Below, piece by piece: positions 46,928-56,172 of a stretch of DNA of 64,000 nt. The notes under the pieces were generated by a model, which saw only the letters and a list, made by a program, of their open reading frames with translations, was not told the DNA's origin and did not search any database. Each line of letters opens with the position of its first letter. Within the stretch, counting starts at the first letter, position 1. The stretch comes from Candidatus Caldarchaeum sp. (GTDB lineage: Archaea; Thermoproteota; Nitrososphaeria_A; Caldarchaeales; Caldarchaeaceae). Where the stretch lies: contig JAWBKB010000001.1 in assembly GCA_038831915.1 (NCBI GenBank), forward strand, positions 1 through 64,000, given 5' to 3'. Made by a program: the position numbers and the translations under genes.

Positions 46928-48370
46928 TCAGTAAGCTCTGGCGAAATACGCAACCTCTGTCGCTGTTTTTCCACATATGATGCAGGGCCCTGAAGGAGCT
47001 TCGACTTCGTCAAACTTTGTTCCACGTAGTTCACCGCCAGCTTCTTCCTTCAGCTTCATCGCGCATTCTTCTGACCCGCACCAGTTTATCCGAGCGATTC
47101 TTCTCTCCGAAATCGCTTTCGCAGCCTCCTCAACTGTATTTGTGTCGATGACCATTTGACGCATTATACGATTGCTTCTTTCGGCTAGGTTTTGGTCGAT
47201 GGCTTTCAAAAGCTCGTTCAAAGTTTTTTCCAAATCATCAACAGGCACCAGCATCTTCTCCAACGTGTCTCTGCGGAAAACTGTTACGCGGTTTTCAGCG
47301 ACTTCACGTGGACCGACTTCGATTCTCGTTGGAACTCCCATTTTTTCCCAGTAGTAGAACTTTTCACCTGGAGTAACGTCTTCGCGGTCGTCAAGCTTCA
47401 CCAAAAAGCCTGTCAGCCTGCTGGCAAGCTGTCGACAATAATTGAGAATAATCTCTTCCTGTCCTTTGAAAACAATTGGCACTATGACAACTTGAACAGG
47501 TGCTACAATCGATGGAAGTACAAGACCCCGGTCGTCGCCGTGCTGGCTTATCAAGGCGGCGAGAACACGGCTGTATCCAAATCCATAGCAGAGCTGATAC
47601 GGGTTCTCCCGCTCGCCCGTCCGTGTTTCAAACTCGATTTCAAAAACTTTTGAAAAGTTTTTACCGAGGTTGTGAACCGTGGCAACTTGGTTTACGCGTC
47701 CGTCTGGATTCCATGCATCGAAAGCCACGGAATACTTTGCTCCCGCGAATTTGTCAAAATCCGGTCTTTTTAAAATAAGATACGCTATCCCCAACTTGTC
47801 CAAAACCTTTCGGTAGATTTCAACTGCTTTGCGGACTTGTTGTTCAGCTTCTGCGGCTGTAGCGTGAACTGTGTGAGCCTCGTTCCACGGAATTTCCCTC
47901 ACCCTGAGCAGAGGCCGGGTTGCCTTGGTTTCATGCCTGTAAACCATGTTACTTTGATGAACCATCAGGGGCAAGTCGGCGTGGCTGCGAATCCACAGCT
48001 TGAACATGGGGTACATGATTGTTTCGCTCGTGGGCCGCACGATGAGCTTGACATCGAGAGGCTTGCCGCCAGCGGTCTCTATTACAAACACCTCCGTACT
48101 GAAGCCTTTAATATGCTGAGCTTCCTTGCCGAAAAGCTCGTCGGTTGTGATGAGTGGGAAAATCATCTCTTTGTGACCCGAGTGGTTTAACTCCTTTTCC
48201 AACATCTCCTTCACACGCCGCAAAACATAAGTTCCGTTCTCCAGATATACGGCGAACCCTTTCACGGGAAACCTGTCGTCCACGATTCTCGCTTCCAACA
48301 ACAGATTGTCAAACCATTCAGTAAAGTTTCGATATTTGTTTAAGGCTGTTGCTGTGGTCATCTGAATCAT
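46928..48370 (-). CDS. proS: Proline-tRNA ligase (archaeal/eukaryotic type)
   Basis: RPTSET, YRHETKATRPLLRVRE, EAHT, C-terminal C..C...ARAY. Confidence 0.96.
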   Translation of the reverse strand: MIQMTTATALNKYRNFTEWFDNLLLEARIVDDRFPVKGFAVYLENGTYVLRRVKEMLEKELNHSGHKEMIFPLITTDELFGKEAQHIKGFSTEVFVIETAGGKPLDVKLIVRPTSETIMYPMFKLWIRSHADLPLMVHQSNMVYRHETKATRPLLRVREIPWNEAHTVHATAAEAEQQVRKAVEIYRKVLDKLGIAYLILKRPDFDKFAGAKYSVAFDAWNPDGRVNQVATVHNLGKNFSKVFEIEFETRTGERENPYQLCYGFGYSRVLAALISQHGDDRGLVLPSIVAPVQVVIVPIVFKGQEEIILNYCRQLASRLTGFLVKLDDREDVTPGEKFYYWEKMGVPTRIEVGPREVAENRVTVFRRDTLEKMLVPVDDLEKTLNELLKAIDQNLAERSNRIMRQMVIDTNTVEEAAKAISERRIARINWCGSEECAMKLKEEAGGELRGTKFDEVEAPSGPCIICGKTATEVAYFARAY

Positions 48371-48410
48371 CGCAGACCTGAATCCTATTTAAATCTCTCC
48401 GTTCGACTGG

Positions 48411-49205
48411 TCAAGTCTGTGCCGTTGCCAACGGCTCAACCACATGGTCGGTGGCAAGCTTTTGTTCATAATCTTTAAGCAGGAATAAGCTTACGTCGTC
48501 CTGTGTTCTTTCACCTTGTCGGAAAGGCGTGTCAAGGGCGTAGGACAGATATCTGAGATAGACGATGAAGTATGTGATGATGCCAAACTGTACGAGTGAT
48601 TCAATTACTCCACTTATTTGCACGAAGAGAAGCAGACCAACAGCCCCTATCATCAACACTTCGGCGAGAAACCTGGCCGAAGGAAGATACACCGTCCGCT
48701 GTATGTAGTAAATTCTCAGCACGTTTCTCAGAAGGTTTTCACGTCCGTCTTTCACGCGGCCTAAAAGAAACGGGGGAGCTCCCTGCTTTTCCATTTCTGC
48801 CACCAGCGACGATAGATTGTCGATGGATTCGATGCATGACCGCAAATCGCCATACCCTCTTGTTTTCTCAACACCTACGAGGAAAGACCTAAGGATGGCA
48901 AGGAGTTGCCTTCTAACATGCTCGATGTCGAAATCACGCTTTGATAGATGAAAAAGCTTCGTTTCGGTCCAGATTCTGTCGAGTGCAGCCCGTATTTCGC
49001 TGGGCATTCGCTCGGCCTCCTTGTAATCCGCTATAAGCCCACCCAGCACAAACCCCATGACGAATATAGCTCCCGCTATTACGCTTCCGATTAGAGGGTT
49101 GAGCGGCATAAATTCCAATCCCAGCACGATGACTAACGCCTTCAAAGCAATAGCCGGAACAGCAATTCTGAAAGCTTTCAGAGCGACGCTTGGACGTAGC
49201 ATCAT
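48411..49205 (-). CDS. Hypothetical 4-TM membrane protein (bestrophin-like layout, LDTPF)
   Basis: Two TM pairs around a helical domain; DYKEAERMP. Confidence 0.65.
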   Translation of the reverse strand: MMLRPSVALKAFRIAVPAIALKALVIVLGLEFMPLNPLIGSVIAGAIFVMGFVLGGLIADYKEAERMPSEIRAALDRIWTETKLFHLSKRDFDIEHVRRQLLAILRSFLVGVEKTRGYGDLRSCIESIDNLSSLVAEMEKQGAPPFLLGRVKDGRENLLRNVLRIYYIQRTVYLPSARFLAEVLMIGAVGLLLFVQISGVIESLVQFGIITYFIVYLRYLSYALDTPFRQGERTQDDVSLFLLKDYEQKLATDHVVEPLATAQT

Positions 49206-49294
49206 CAGCGCCTCACCGATGCTATTTGGTTTAAAAATTTTTTCCGCGATATCTTTTTAGAGCAGCTTTTAGACGATGTGCAGGGTGCGCGGTT

Positions 49295-49957
49295 CTGTCC
49301 GTCAGCTTCGGCGGCCGGTTTTTACCCACTAAGCTTGAGTTGATAAGGGCGCGGAGGTCTCTACAAGTAGCGAAAAGCATCTACCGTATTCTCGAGGACA
49401 AACGCGACGTTTTGGTTAGAAGGCTGAATGACTTGGTCGACGTGGCTGAAGAAGAAAGGGAGAAGATGGAAAAACCACTCCGCCAAGCCTACATGTCACT
49501 TTTCAAAGCCTACGCTGAAATGGGCTCGATGAAAGTTGAATCAATTGCTTCGACGACGCCGCCGTCAATCACGGTGAACGTCAGCGAAAAAACTATACTC
49601 GGAATCCGAATACCGACCCTTGAAATCGCGAGCACAAAAATCCCGCTGAACTATGGATTCCTCGACACCACGGCGTCCTTCGACGAAGCTGTCAGAAACT
49701 TCCGCGAAATCCTCGAAACCATGTGTAAGGTGGCTGAAATCGAGAACACTATCTTCAGGCTCGCGGAGGAGCTCAAAAAGACTCAAAGGCTACTAAACGC
49801 GCTCGAACATCTCATCATCCCGCGGTATCAGGAAGCCATCAAATTCATCAGCGCGAGCTTAGAGGAAAGGGAAAGAGAAGACTTCGTCAAGCTTAAACAC
49901 GTGAAGAGAATTCTTGAAAGAAGAAAGGAGGCGGAAATAGTTGGAAGAACAAATTAG
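49295..49957 (+). CDS. atpD: A/V-type ATP synthase subunit D, probable CTG start
   Basis: PTKLEL, ILEDKRDVL, LAEELKKTQRLLNALE..IIP, LEEREREDFVKLK. Conserved N-terminus lies upstream of the ORF-track TTG. Confidence 0.93.
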   Translation: MSVSFGGRFLPTKLELIRARRSLQVAKSIYRILEDKRDVLVRRLNDLVDVAEEEREKMEKPLRQAYMSLFKAYAEMGSMKVESIASTTPPSITVNVSEKTILGIRIPTLEIASTKIPLNYGFLDTTASFDEAVRNFREILETMCKVAEIENTIFRLAEELKKTQRLLNALEHLIIPRYQEAIKFISASLEEREREDFVKLKHVKRILERRKEAEIVGRTN

Positions 49958-50051
49958 GAAAGAGTTTGAACAGCTTCGTGAATTGGTTAAGAAACGTAAG
50001 CAGGAGCTTGTGGAAGAGCTGATGAAAAAAGCAGAGCAGGCGATGACGTAG
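49941..50051 (+). CDS. 36-aa charged helical microprotein overlapping the atpD stop
   Basis: TTG start preceded by AGGAGG; MEEQIRKEFEQLRELVKKRKQELVEELMKKAEQAMT*. Confidence 0.6.
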   Translation: MEEQIRKEFEQLRELVKKRKQELVEELMKKAEQAMT

Positions 50052-50099
50052 TTTTTGGAGAAAGCCGCGTCCTTAAATAAGCCCCAGCCAAAATTTTGT

Positions 50100-50816
50100 A
50101 TGTTGAACATCAAGCAGGCCGCGGCAGCGCTTATCCTAATCACGTTCGGCTATGTAACGGTGTTCCACTATGGGATAGTCCGCGGCCTTGAGCTGACCAA
50201 CTTATTGTTCTACATGGATGTATGGCCCACGGTCATAGCGGCTGCCGGATTTTCAGCCGCATATCTTATCGCGACAAGTTTCAAACTCAACGTGAAAGGC
50301 AAAGTGATCACAGTTACTGGTCTCATGTTTTCAGCCGTTCTGATAACATATTGGCATATCCCGGTTAACTCGGCATTTGGGTTTGGAGTTTGTCCCGCAG
50401 ATTTGAACGACCCTTTCTTATACCAGCTTAAACGTTTATCCTATTTCGTCGTCGGTGTGATATTGTATTTCTCAATACGTGATGTCTCGAAGCCTTGGCG
50501 TGAAGCCTTGGCAATTGCTTTTGGAAAGGTTATGGGATGGTATGGATTTTACCTCACGCTTGTCCAGACGCCGTTGTATGTGTCGCCGCCCGTAATTTTC
50601 AGTGTTCAGCTTCACCATGAAGCAGGTTTCGCGATGCTCGTCTCCATGATAGCTCTCGACTTCGCCGCCGTAGTATCACTTGTCAATCATCATTTCAAAG
50701 GCAAACAGACTGGGCCCTATCCATTAATAACGGAAAAAAATCTGAACACGCGGTATTTCCGGTCCCACGGTTGGAGAAGAATAATTTTACTCTGTTGCTT
50801 TAGAAGCCGGTGTTAA
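50100..50816 (+). CDS. Multi-TM membrane protein, DUF1404/CtaG-like
   Basis: YWHIP motif, LSY...G, late hydrophobic helix; family call tentative. Confidence 0.6.
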   Translation: MLNIKQAAAALILITFGYVTVFHYGIVRGLELTNLLFYMDVWPTVIAAAGFSAAYLIATSFKLNVKGKVITVTGLMFSAVLITYWHIPVNSAFGFGVCPADLNDPFLYQLKRLSYFVVGVILYFSIRDVSKPWREALAIAFGKVMGWYGFYLTLVQTPLYVSPPVIFSVQLHHEAGFAMLVSMIALDFAAVVSLVNHHFKGKQTGPYPLITEKNLNTRYFRSHGWRRIILLCCFRSRC

Positions 50817-50942
50817 AACACGTTTGACGTAGTTGAAGCGGTTTCTCTGCCGCGGAGAAGGTGATTTCCTCGGCTTTGCTTCGAGCTTCGGCGTCTGGCT
50901 TCTCACTTTACCAGCTTTAGTTATGCTTCCGTGCGAAGGCAT
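50787..50942 (-). CDS. rps30e: 30S ribosomal protein S30e
   Basis: Hand translation MPSHGSITKAGKVRSQTPKLEAKPRKSPSPRQRNRFNYVKRVLTPASKATE* (51 aa, below the ORF-track cutoff). Confidence 0.95.
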   Translation of the reverse strand: MPSHGSITKAGKVRSQTPKLEAKPRKSPSPRQRNRFNYVKRVLTPASKATE

Positions 50943-51080
50943 ACCAGTTAATCGTTGATTTTCTTATATTTAGGGCTATCTCGTTTTTCCAACTTGACGC
51001 TAACTCGGCCTTCACAACCTCTACGACAAACTAACAGCATCGTCCAACGGTTTGCTCCGCCCACCTTTCCCTTCCTCCAA

Positions 51081-51090
51081 TTCTTATATA
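51081..51090 (+). promoter_or_regulatory. TATA box of tRNA-Arg
   Basis: TTCTTATATA about 23-32 nt upstream of the tRNA 5' end. Confidence 0.55.
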
Positions 51091-51112
51091 CGAGCACAAC
51101 CCTACGAAGTTC

Positions 51113-51246
51113 GGGCCCGTAGCTTAGCATGGACAGAGAAGATATTGTTGATAGAATATCTCTGGTTCGCTGGCCTCCGGAGCCAGAGGTCGTGAGCACA
51201 TTCACGAATGTGATGTGCCGGCAGGGTTCAAGTCCCACCGGGCCCG
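51113..51246 (+). tRNA. tRNA-Arg(CCG) with two non-canonical introns (24/25: 51139-51167; 51/52: 51195-51224)
   Basis: Removing both gives GGGCCCG TA GCTT AGCATGGACA GAGC G CTGGC CT CCG GA GCCAG AGGTC GTGGG TTCAAGT CCCAC CGGGCCC G. Each junction forms a bulge-helix-bulge-like motif. Confidence 0.93.
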
Positions 51247-51467
51247 CACATTTTATATTAAGATGCCTAGTTGGTTTTCAACCGTGATGAAGATTGGTCA
51301 AGGGTTGTCTATGGTACGTGTGGATTCAGGCTCGACGTTTGCGGCGTGGTCCTGCAGAAGGATGTTGAAAAGAGAAGCTTACGCGATGTGTTGAAGCGAA
51401 TATTGTTGTTGTTTCGTCGGTCGGGTTTGACAGTTAAGTTTTTTGACCAGACGAGCGTTTAGTTTTC

Positions 51468-52664
51468 ATGTTTTCCGACTTGGACGCTTTGATGGAAAAA
51501 TTTGAATGCGACACCTTGGTTGTTTACGGCGAATCGCCTTCCGCTTCTCCGGAGCTGGCTTATCTTGTCCGTGCTGCGATACCGCGCGGCGGTGTCTATG
51601 TGAAGAAAAGAGGCGTCGAGCCGTTGCTTGTTGTCGGCGGCCTCGACGTAGAATGCGCGAGAAAAGGCGTGGTAAAAACCGTCAAAACATACGCTGACTA
51701 CGGTTTGCGGGAGCTTCAACGAAGGTTTGGACCTGGACGGGCCTGGGCTGAGTTTATCGTAGCCGTGCTACGAACCGAAAAAGTAAGTGGAAATGTGATG
51801 CTGGCGGGGCGTAGCGACATGGCTCAAACGGTTTATCTCGTCGACTTCCTACGGCGCCGCGGTTTTCGCGTCATCGGCACACCAAAACCGTCAATACTCG
51901 ACCTTTGCCGCAGAACCAAAGATGAATGGGAAATCAAACGGATAAAAGAAGTGGGAAGAAAAACAGTTTCTGTCACGAGACGGCTGGAGCAAGTGTTTGA
52001 ACAGTCGAAAACCGTCGGCGGAAAAGTCTTGTATGATGGAAAGCCTCTGACAGAAACGGTTCTGAGGAAAATGATTCGCGCTTGGTGTGCGGAAGAGGGC
52101 CTCAACCTCGTCGAAGGGTTCATTCTCGCAGTTGGACAAGAATCAGCCGACCCACATTACGTAGATGAAAAAGATACACCGATTACAGAGGGAGTGCCGG
52201 TGATGTTCGACATTTATCCAGCCGATTCAACGGGATACCGCTACGACTTCACTCGAACCTACTGCGTCGGCACGCCCAAACCACTCCTCAGAAAAATGTT
52301 CCGGGACGTCTACGACGCCCAGCAAACTGCCTTCGATTTCATCCGAGAAAATATCCCATGTGAAACTCCGTTCATAAAGGTCTGCCAGCTACTGCGGTCT
52401 CGTGGATGGCCAACGCCTCTCGACAGAAAAGTGGGCAACCGAGGCTTTGTTCACGGCCTCGGTCACGGAATCGGGTTGACCATCGGTGAAGAGCCTTACC
52501 TCACACGCTATAACCGTGGCACGCTCACTTCGGGAGACGTGGTCACCGTCGAGCCCGGCCTATATGAGCCGGGTTTCGGCGGTGTCAGGCTCGAAGACGT
52601 TGTCGTTGTTTCGGGAAACAAATGCGAAATACTGGCGGAACATCGCAAACAGCTCGAATTCTAA
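51468..52664 (+). CDS. Xaa-Pro peptidase (M24B)
   Basis: DPH, FDIYP...GYRYDFTRT, HGLGHGIG, EPGLY, GVRLED. Confidence 0.92.
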   Translation: MFSDLDALMEKFECDTLVVYGESPSASPELAYLVRAAIPRGGVYVKKRGVEPLLVVGGLDVECARKGVVKTVKTYADYGLRELQRRFGPGRAWAEFIVAVLRTEKVSGNVMLAGRSDMAQTVYLVDFLRRRGFRVIGTPKPSILDLCRRTKDEWEIKRIKEVGRKTVSVTRRLEQVFEQSKTVGGKVLYDGKPLTETVLRKMIRAWCAEEGLNLVEGFILAVGQESADPHYVDEKDTPITEGVPVMFDIYPADSTGYRYDFTRTYCVGTPKPLLRKMFRDVYDAQQTAFDFIRENIPCETPFIKVCQLLRSRGWPTPLDRKVGNRGFVHGLGHGIGLTIGEEPYLTRYNRGTLTSGDVVTVEPGLYEPGFGGVRLEDVVVVSGNKCEILAEHRKQLEF

Positions 52665-53461
52665 GAGATGTAAAGCCAGAGAGAGAAAGCTGCAAAAGCT
52701 CCGTAAAACGAGGCCAGTAAGTTGACCAAATCGTTGTTCACGTGTTTACTTCCCGAAATATACACTGTCGGCTGTCCGCAGTGTTTCTTGACTTCAACAC
52801 TTCTTCCACAAACCTTGCATACATACCGTGATTGAAACAAAGCACCGACAACGCTGTCAAACAAACTACCCGTAAAACCTGCAAAAACACACAGAGCAAC
52901 CAGCTCAACATTCCACAACGAACTTCCAAATATGAAGTCATACATTAGTACGGCAGCGGCCACGACAAACCCTGTCAAAAAACCAGCCAACAACCCAGGA
53001 ACGCTGACCGCCCCCGGAGTACCTGGCTTAGCAACTTTAAGCGAGTTAATCATCCGAGGCGGCTTCTTCGACAGAAGACCGATTTCAGTCGACATAGTGT
53101 CGGCGAAAACAGACGAAATTGCTCCGACGAACATCACGAAGAAGACAGTCGGTTCGTTGAGCAGGTAGCCGGCAGTTGCGAAAAACGCCGCAGCAGATCC
53201 ATTTGACAATACATTCGACCAAGTTCTAACACCACGACCAAATTCTCCATATTTTTCACGGTATCGGTAACGCGTGGTGACTCCGCCTACTATGAAGAAG
53301 ATCAATAGAAGAAGAAAATGAACCCGGCCACCCATGAGATAGATTACATATCCCACCGTTACCGCGGCCAAAACTCCTTTAACATCGAGAAAACGACCGA
53401 CCACGGCCACTAAACCAGCCAACCCGATGACAAACGTCGCCTCCAAAAAAAGCGAAAACAA
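52661..53461 (-). CDS. DUF92 (TMEM19-like) membrane protein
   Basis: R...NVLSNG, ADTMSTEIG, PGTPGAVS..G, DSVVGA..Q, NNDLVN. Confidence 0.9.
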   Translation of the reverse strand: MFSLFLEATFVIGLAGLVAVVGRFLDVKGVLAAVTVGYVIYLMGGRVHFLLLLIFFIVGGVTTRYRYREKYGEFGRGVRTWSNVLSNGSAAAFFATAGYLLNEPTVFFVMFVGAISSVFADTMSTEIGLLSKKPPRMINSLKVAKPGTPGAVSVPGLLAGFLTGFVVAAAVLMYDFIFGSSLWNVELVALCVFAGFTGSLFDSVVGALFQSRYVCKVCGRSVEVKKHCGQPTVYISGSKHVNNDLVNLLASFYGAFAAFSLWLYIS

Positions 53462-53467
53462 AGGTTG

Positions 53468-54733
53468 TCACTTCAGAAACTCTAATACTTTTTGAAGCGA
53501 ATCCGTTATCTGGGTTCTTGTCGTCAAATCGCGGACTGTGACCGTGCCGGTGTTTAACTCGTTTTCACCAACAACCGCAAGATACCTCACCCCTTTGATC
53601 ACAGCCGTTTCTATCGCGTCCGAAAGCCTTTTTCTCGAAACATCAACCCAAACACCGTAACCTTTTCGACGGAGTTCGTCAGCGACCTTCAAACCATACA
53701 CAGCAGCTCTATCGCTGACAATCGATAAAAAGACCGAAGGAGCGGCGAGATAATTAACTGGTTTAATCTTCATCAAATACATCTGGATACGCGTGATTCC
53801 TATCGAGCATCCAACCGCTGGAGTGCTCTGTCCGCCGAATAATTCGACCAAACCATCATACCGTCCTCCTCCGTTAAACGACAACGGCTCATCAGCTATC
53901 TTCTGCTCGAAAATCATGCCGGTGTAATATTCGAGCCCTCGTGCAAAGCCGAGGTCGACTTCCATCCTAAGCTGGTGATCTGTTTCGAAAATGTGTTCGA
54001 CAATTTGTTTAAGGTTTTCCAGCGACTCCGAAGCTTCGCGCCACGGAGAAACAACGTCGAAGGCTCGGTCGACAACTTTGAGATCGCCTCTTAACTCCAT
54101 TACCTCGCTGACCGCCTTCAAAGCCTCTGGTTCAAGATGATTCGACGCCAGTTCTAACGCCTCGGAAACAAGCTTACGGTCGATGTAGGACAAAATCATG
54201 TCTTGTGTTAGTTGGTCGGCTTTTCTCATTAAACCTCGTAGAACACCGACGTGACCAATCTTGAACTGAAAATCTTTTATCCCCAGCTTTTGAAACACGT
54301 CTCTACTGGCGAGAATGATTTCAACGTCGCTCAGTGGGTCTCTGCTGCCGAGAAGCTCTAAACCGCCCTGCCAAAACCTTCTCCTCCGCCCCCACTGTGG
54401 CTCGTCGTAACGGTAGCAGTCTGAGATGTATCCCAGACGGAGTGGAAGTGGTTTTCTCGAAAGCTTGGAAGCAACCAGCCGCGCTATCGAAGCGGTAACT
54501 TCGGGCCTGAGAACGAGTTTGCGGCCATGTGGGTCGTCGAACACAAACATCCTATGTCGAATTTCTTCACCGGACTTTGCTTCGAATAGTTCGAGATATT
54601 CGAGGGTGGGTGTTTCAACTTCCTCGTAGCCGTAAAGCCGGTAAACTTCGCGTATTACATCGACTATTTTCTGCTTGACCGCGAATTCTTCGGGAAGAAG
54701 GTCGTCCATTCCCCTCGGCGACTCAAACTTCAT
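53468..54733 (-). CDS. hisS: Histidine-tRNA ligase
   Basis: PRGM.D, LRPE.T, YRYDEPQ.GR, ARGLEYYTG, GGGRYD. Confidence 0.96.
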   Translation of the reverse strand: MKFESPRGMDDLLPEEFAVKQKIVDVIREVYRLYGYEEVETPTLEYLELFEAKSGEEIRHRMFVFDDPHGRKLVLRPEVTASIARLVASKLSRKPLPLRLGYISDCYRYDEPQWGRRRRFWQGGLELLGSRDPLSDVEIILASRDVFQKLGIKDFQFKIGHVGVLRGLMRKADQLTQDMILSYIDRKLVSEALELASNHLEPEALKAVSEVMELRGDLKVVDRAFDVVSPWREASESLENLKQIVEHIFETDHQLRMEVDLGFARGLEYYTGMIFEQKIADEPLSFNGGGRYDGLVELFGGQSTPAVGCSIGITRIQMYLMKIKPVNYLAAPSVFLSIVSDRAAVYGLKVADELRRKGYGVWVDVSRKRLSDAIETAVIKGVRYLAVVGENELNTGTVTVRDLTTRTQITDSLQKVLEFLK

Positions 54734-54828
54734 CCACTACACCGCATCGACTTCAGCAGGCACTCTATTTAGCCGTTAATAACCAAGATGAATCATCCAT
54801 CAAATATATTATCGAGGATGGGGAAAAG

Positions 54829-55977
54829 ATGGTCATGGCTAATCGTTTCGGCCTCGCTGCAATCATGGTTGTTTTGGTTCTGCTGGCCGGGCTGAACGTC
54901 TATTTCGTCAACACAATCAGAGAAGAAAGTCTACGAATACGTGAAGCAGTGCAAATGGTTCACACAATAACGGTTGAGAAAACCGTTACACAGGTAGTGC
55001 AGGTGACCACAGCTGTGACGTTGACGGCCGGCAAAGCAAGCTACGCCGACATCTATGAAATGGTTAAGGATTCAGTTGTGCTTATCCGGGTTTCAGGTCC
55101 TGGCTTGCCTTCCCTCGGCTCCGGGTTTGTTTACGACACAGAAGGTCACATCGTCACAAACCATCACGTGGTTCGAGGAGCGGCCACGATTAGAGTTGTC
55201 TTCGCAAATGGAGACATGTACGCCGCTCGGATGGTCGGCACCGACGTTGACAGCGACCTCGCAGTCATTAAAATCGAAAATCCACCACCCAACCTAAAAC
55301 CTTTGAAGCTTGGTAATTCTTCTGCTCTCCGCATTGGCGAAGAAGTGTTAGCAATAGGCAATCCTTTCGGTCTCGAAGGCACAGTGACAGCGGGAATCGT
55401 CAGCCAGAAAGGCCGACTTCTACCAACCGGTAGAGGATACTCGATACCAGGAGTAATTCAAACCGACGCGGCGATCAACCCCGGCAATTCGGGAGGCCCT
55501 CTGCTGAACCTTTTAGGTGAAGTCGTCGGGGTCAACACAGCCATTGAGCCATCTGGAGTGGGAATAGGCTATGCGGTTCCATCATCCATAGTTAGCCGTG
55601 TCGTACCGTCGTTGATTGAAAAAGGCGTTTACAGGCGGAGCTGGATGGGCATCAACGGCATGACGCTTGACATGGACATAGCGGCTGCGGGAGGTTACGC
55701 TGTGAAGAAAGGTGTCCTGATCATTGAGGTCGTGGCGAACAGTCCTGCTCAAAAGGCTGGTCTCCGTGGAGGCGACCGAACCGTGGTGGTAAACGGTGTC
55801 CAAATCAGAGTCGGCGGAGATGTAATCATCAAGGTCAACGATTTCCCGATAAACAGCATCGACGACCTACTAACCTACATGGAGGAAAAAACAAGCCCAG
55901 GCCAAACCATCACGCTGACAATCGTCCGAAACACCCAGACACTCGAAATTCCGCTAACCCTCGAAACAAGGCCTTAA
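54829..55977 (+). CDS. HtrA/DegP-like trypsin protease with PDZ domain
   Basis: TNHHV, DLAV, IGNPFG, QTDAAINPGNSGGPL, PDZ. Confidence 0.94.
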   Translation: MVMANRFGLAAIMVVLVLLAGLNVYFVNTIREESLRIREAVQMVHTITVEKTVTQVVQVTTAVTLTAGKASYADIYEMVKDSVVLIRVSGPGLPSLGSGFVYDTEGHIVTNHHVVRGAATIRVVFANGDMYAARMVGTDVDSDLAVIKIENPPPNLKPLKLGNSSALRIGEEVLAIGNPFGLEGTVTAGIVSQKGRLLPTGRGYSIPGVIQTDAAINPGNSGGPLLNLLGEVVGVNTAIEPSGVGIGYAVPSSIVSRVVPSLIEKGVYRRSWMGINGMTLDMDIAAAGGYAVKKGVLIIEVVANSPAQKAGLRGGDRTVVVNGVQIRVGGDVIIKVNDFPINSIDDLLTYMEEKTSPGQTITLTIVRNTQTLEIPLTLETRP

Positions 55978-56127
55978 ATACAGCAGGAAAAATCGTTTTC
56001 ACTCCGATTTATCAACGACTGCATAGCCATCTGTTGGCCAAGTTAGTGTAGTTTTGACACAGATGTATACGTGGCTTGGACGCGGCGAACCGTCAACGTC
56101 GAATATAGGAGGCTTCGTTGCAAAAAC

Positions 56128-56160
56128 TGCTTACAAACAAAGTTTTATACGTTGTAAGCA
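56128..56160. promoter_or_regulatory. 9-bp inverted repeat straddling BRE/TATA (candidate operator)
   Basis: TGCTTACAA-N15-TTGTAAGCA; spacer contains CAAAG TTTTATA, 24-30 nt upstream of ATG 56173. Confidence 0.65.
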
Positions 56161-56172
56161 CCGCTTAGTCCT

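Noticed and set aside
50983-50995. 13-nt match (GTTTTTCCAACTT) between the tRNA-Arg upstream region and the LAGLIDADG 3' tail
   Set aside because: Matches of this length are expected by chance in 64 kb, and similarity does not extend.
50948-51238. 96-aa minus-strand ORF (and likewise 7332..7529)
   Set aside because: These are antisense readings of tRNA sequences.
51270-51465. Possible C/D box sRNA (GTGATGA near 51284) or 63-aa ORF after tRNA-Arg
   Set aside because: No CTGA D box at suitable spacing, and the peptide has no recognisable features.
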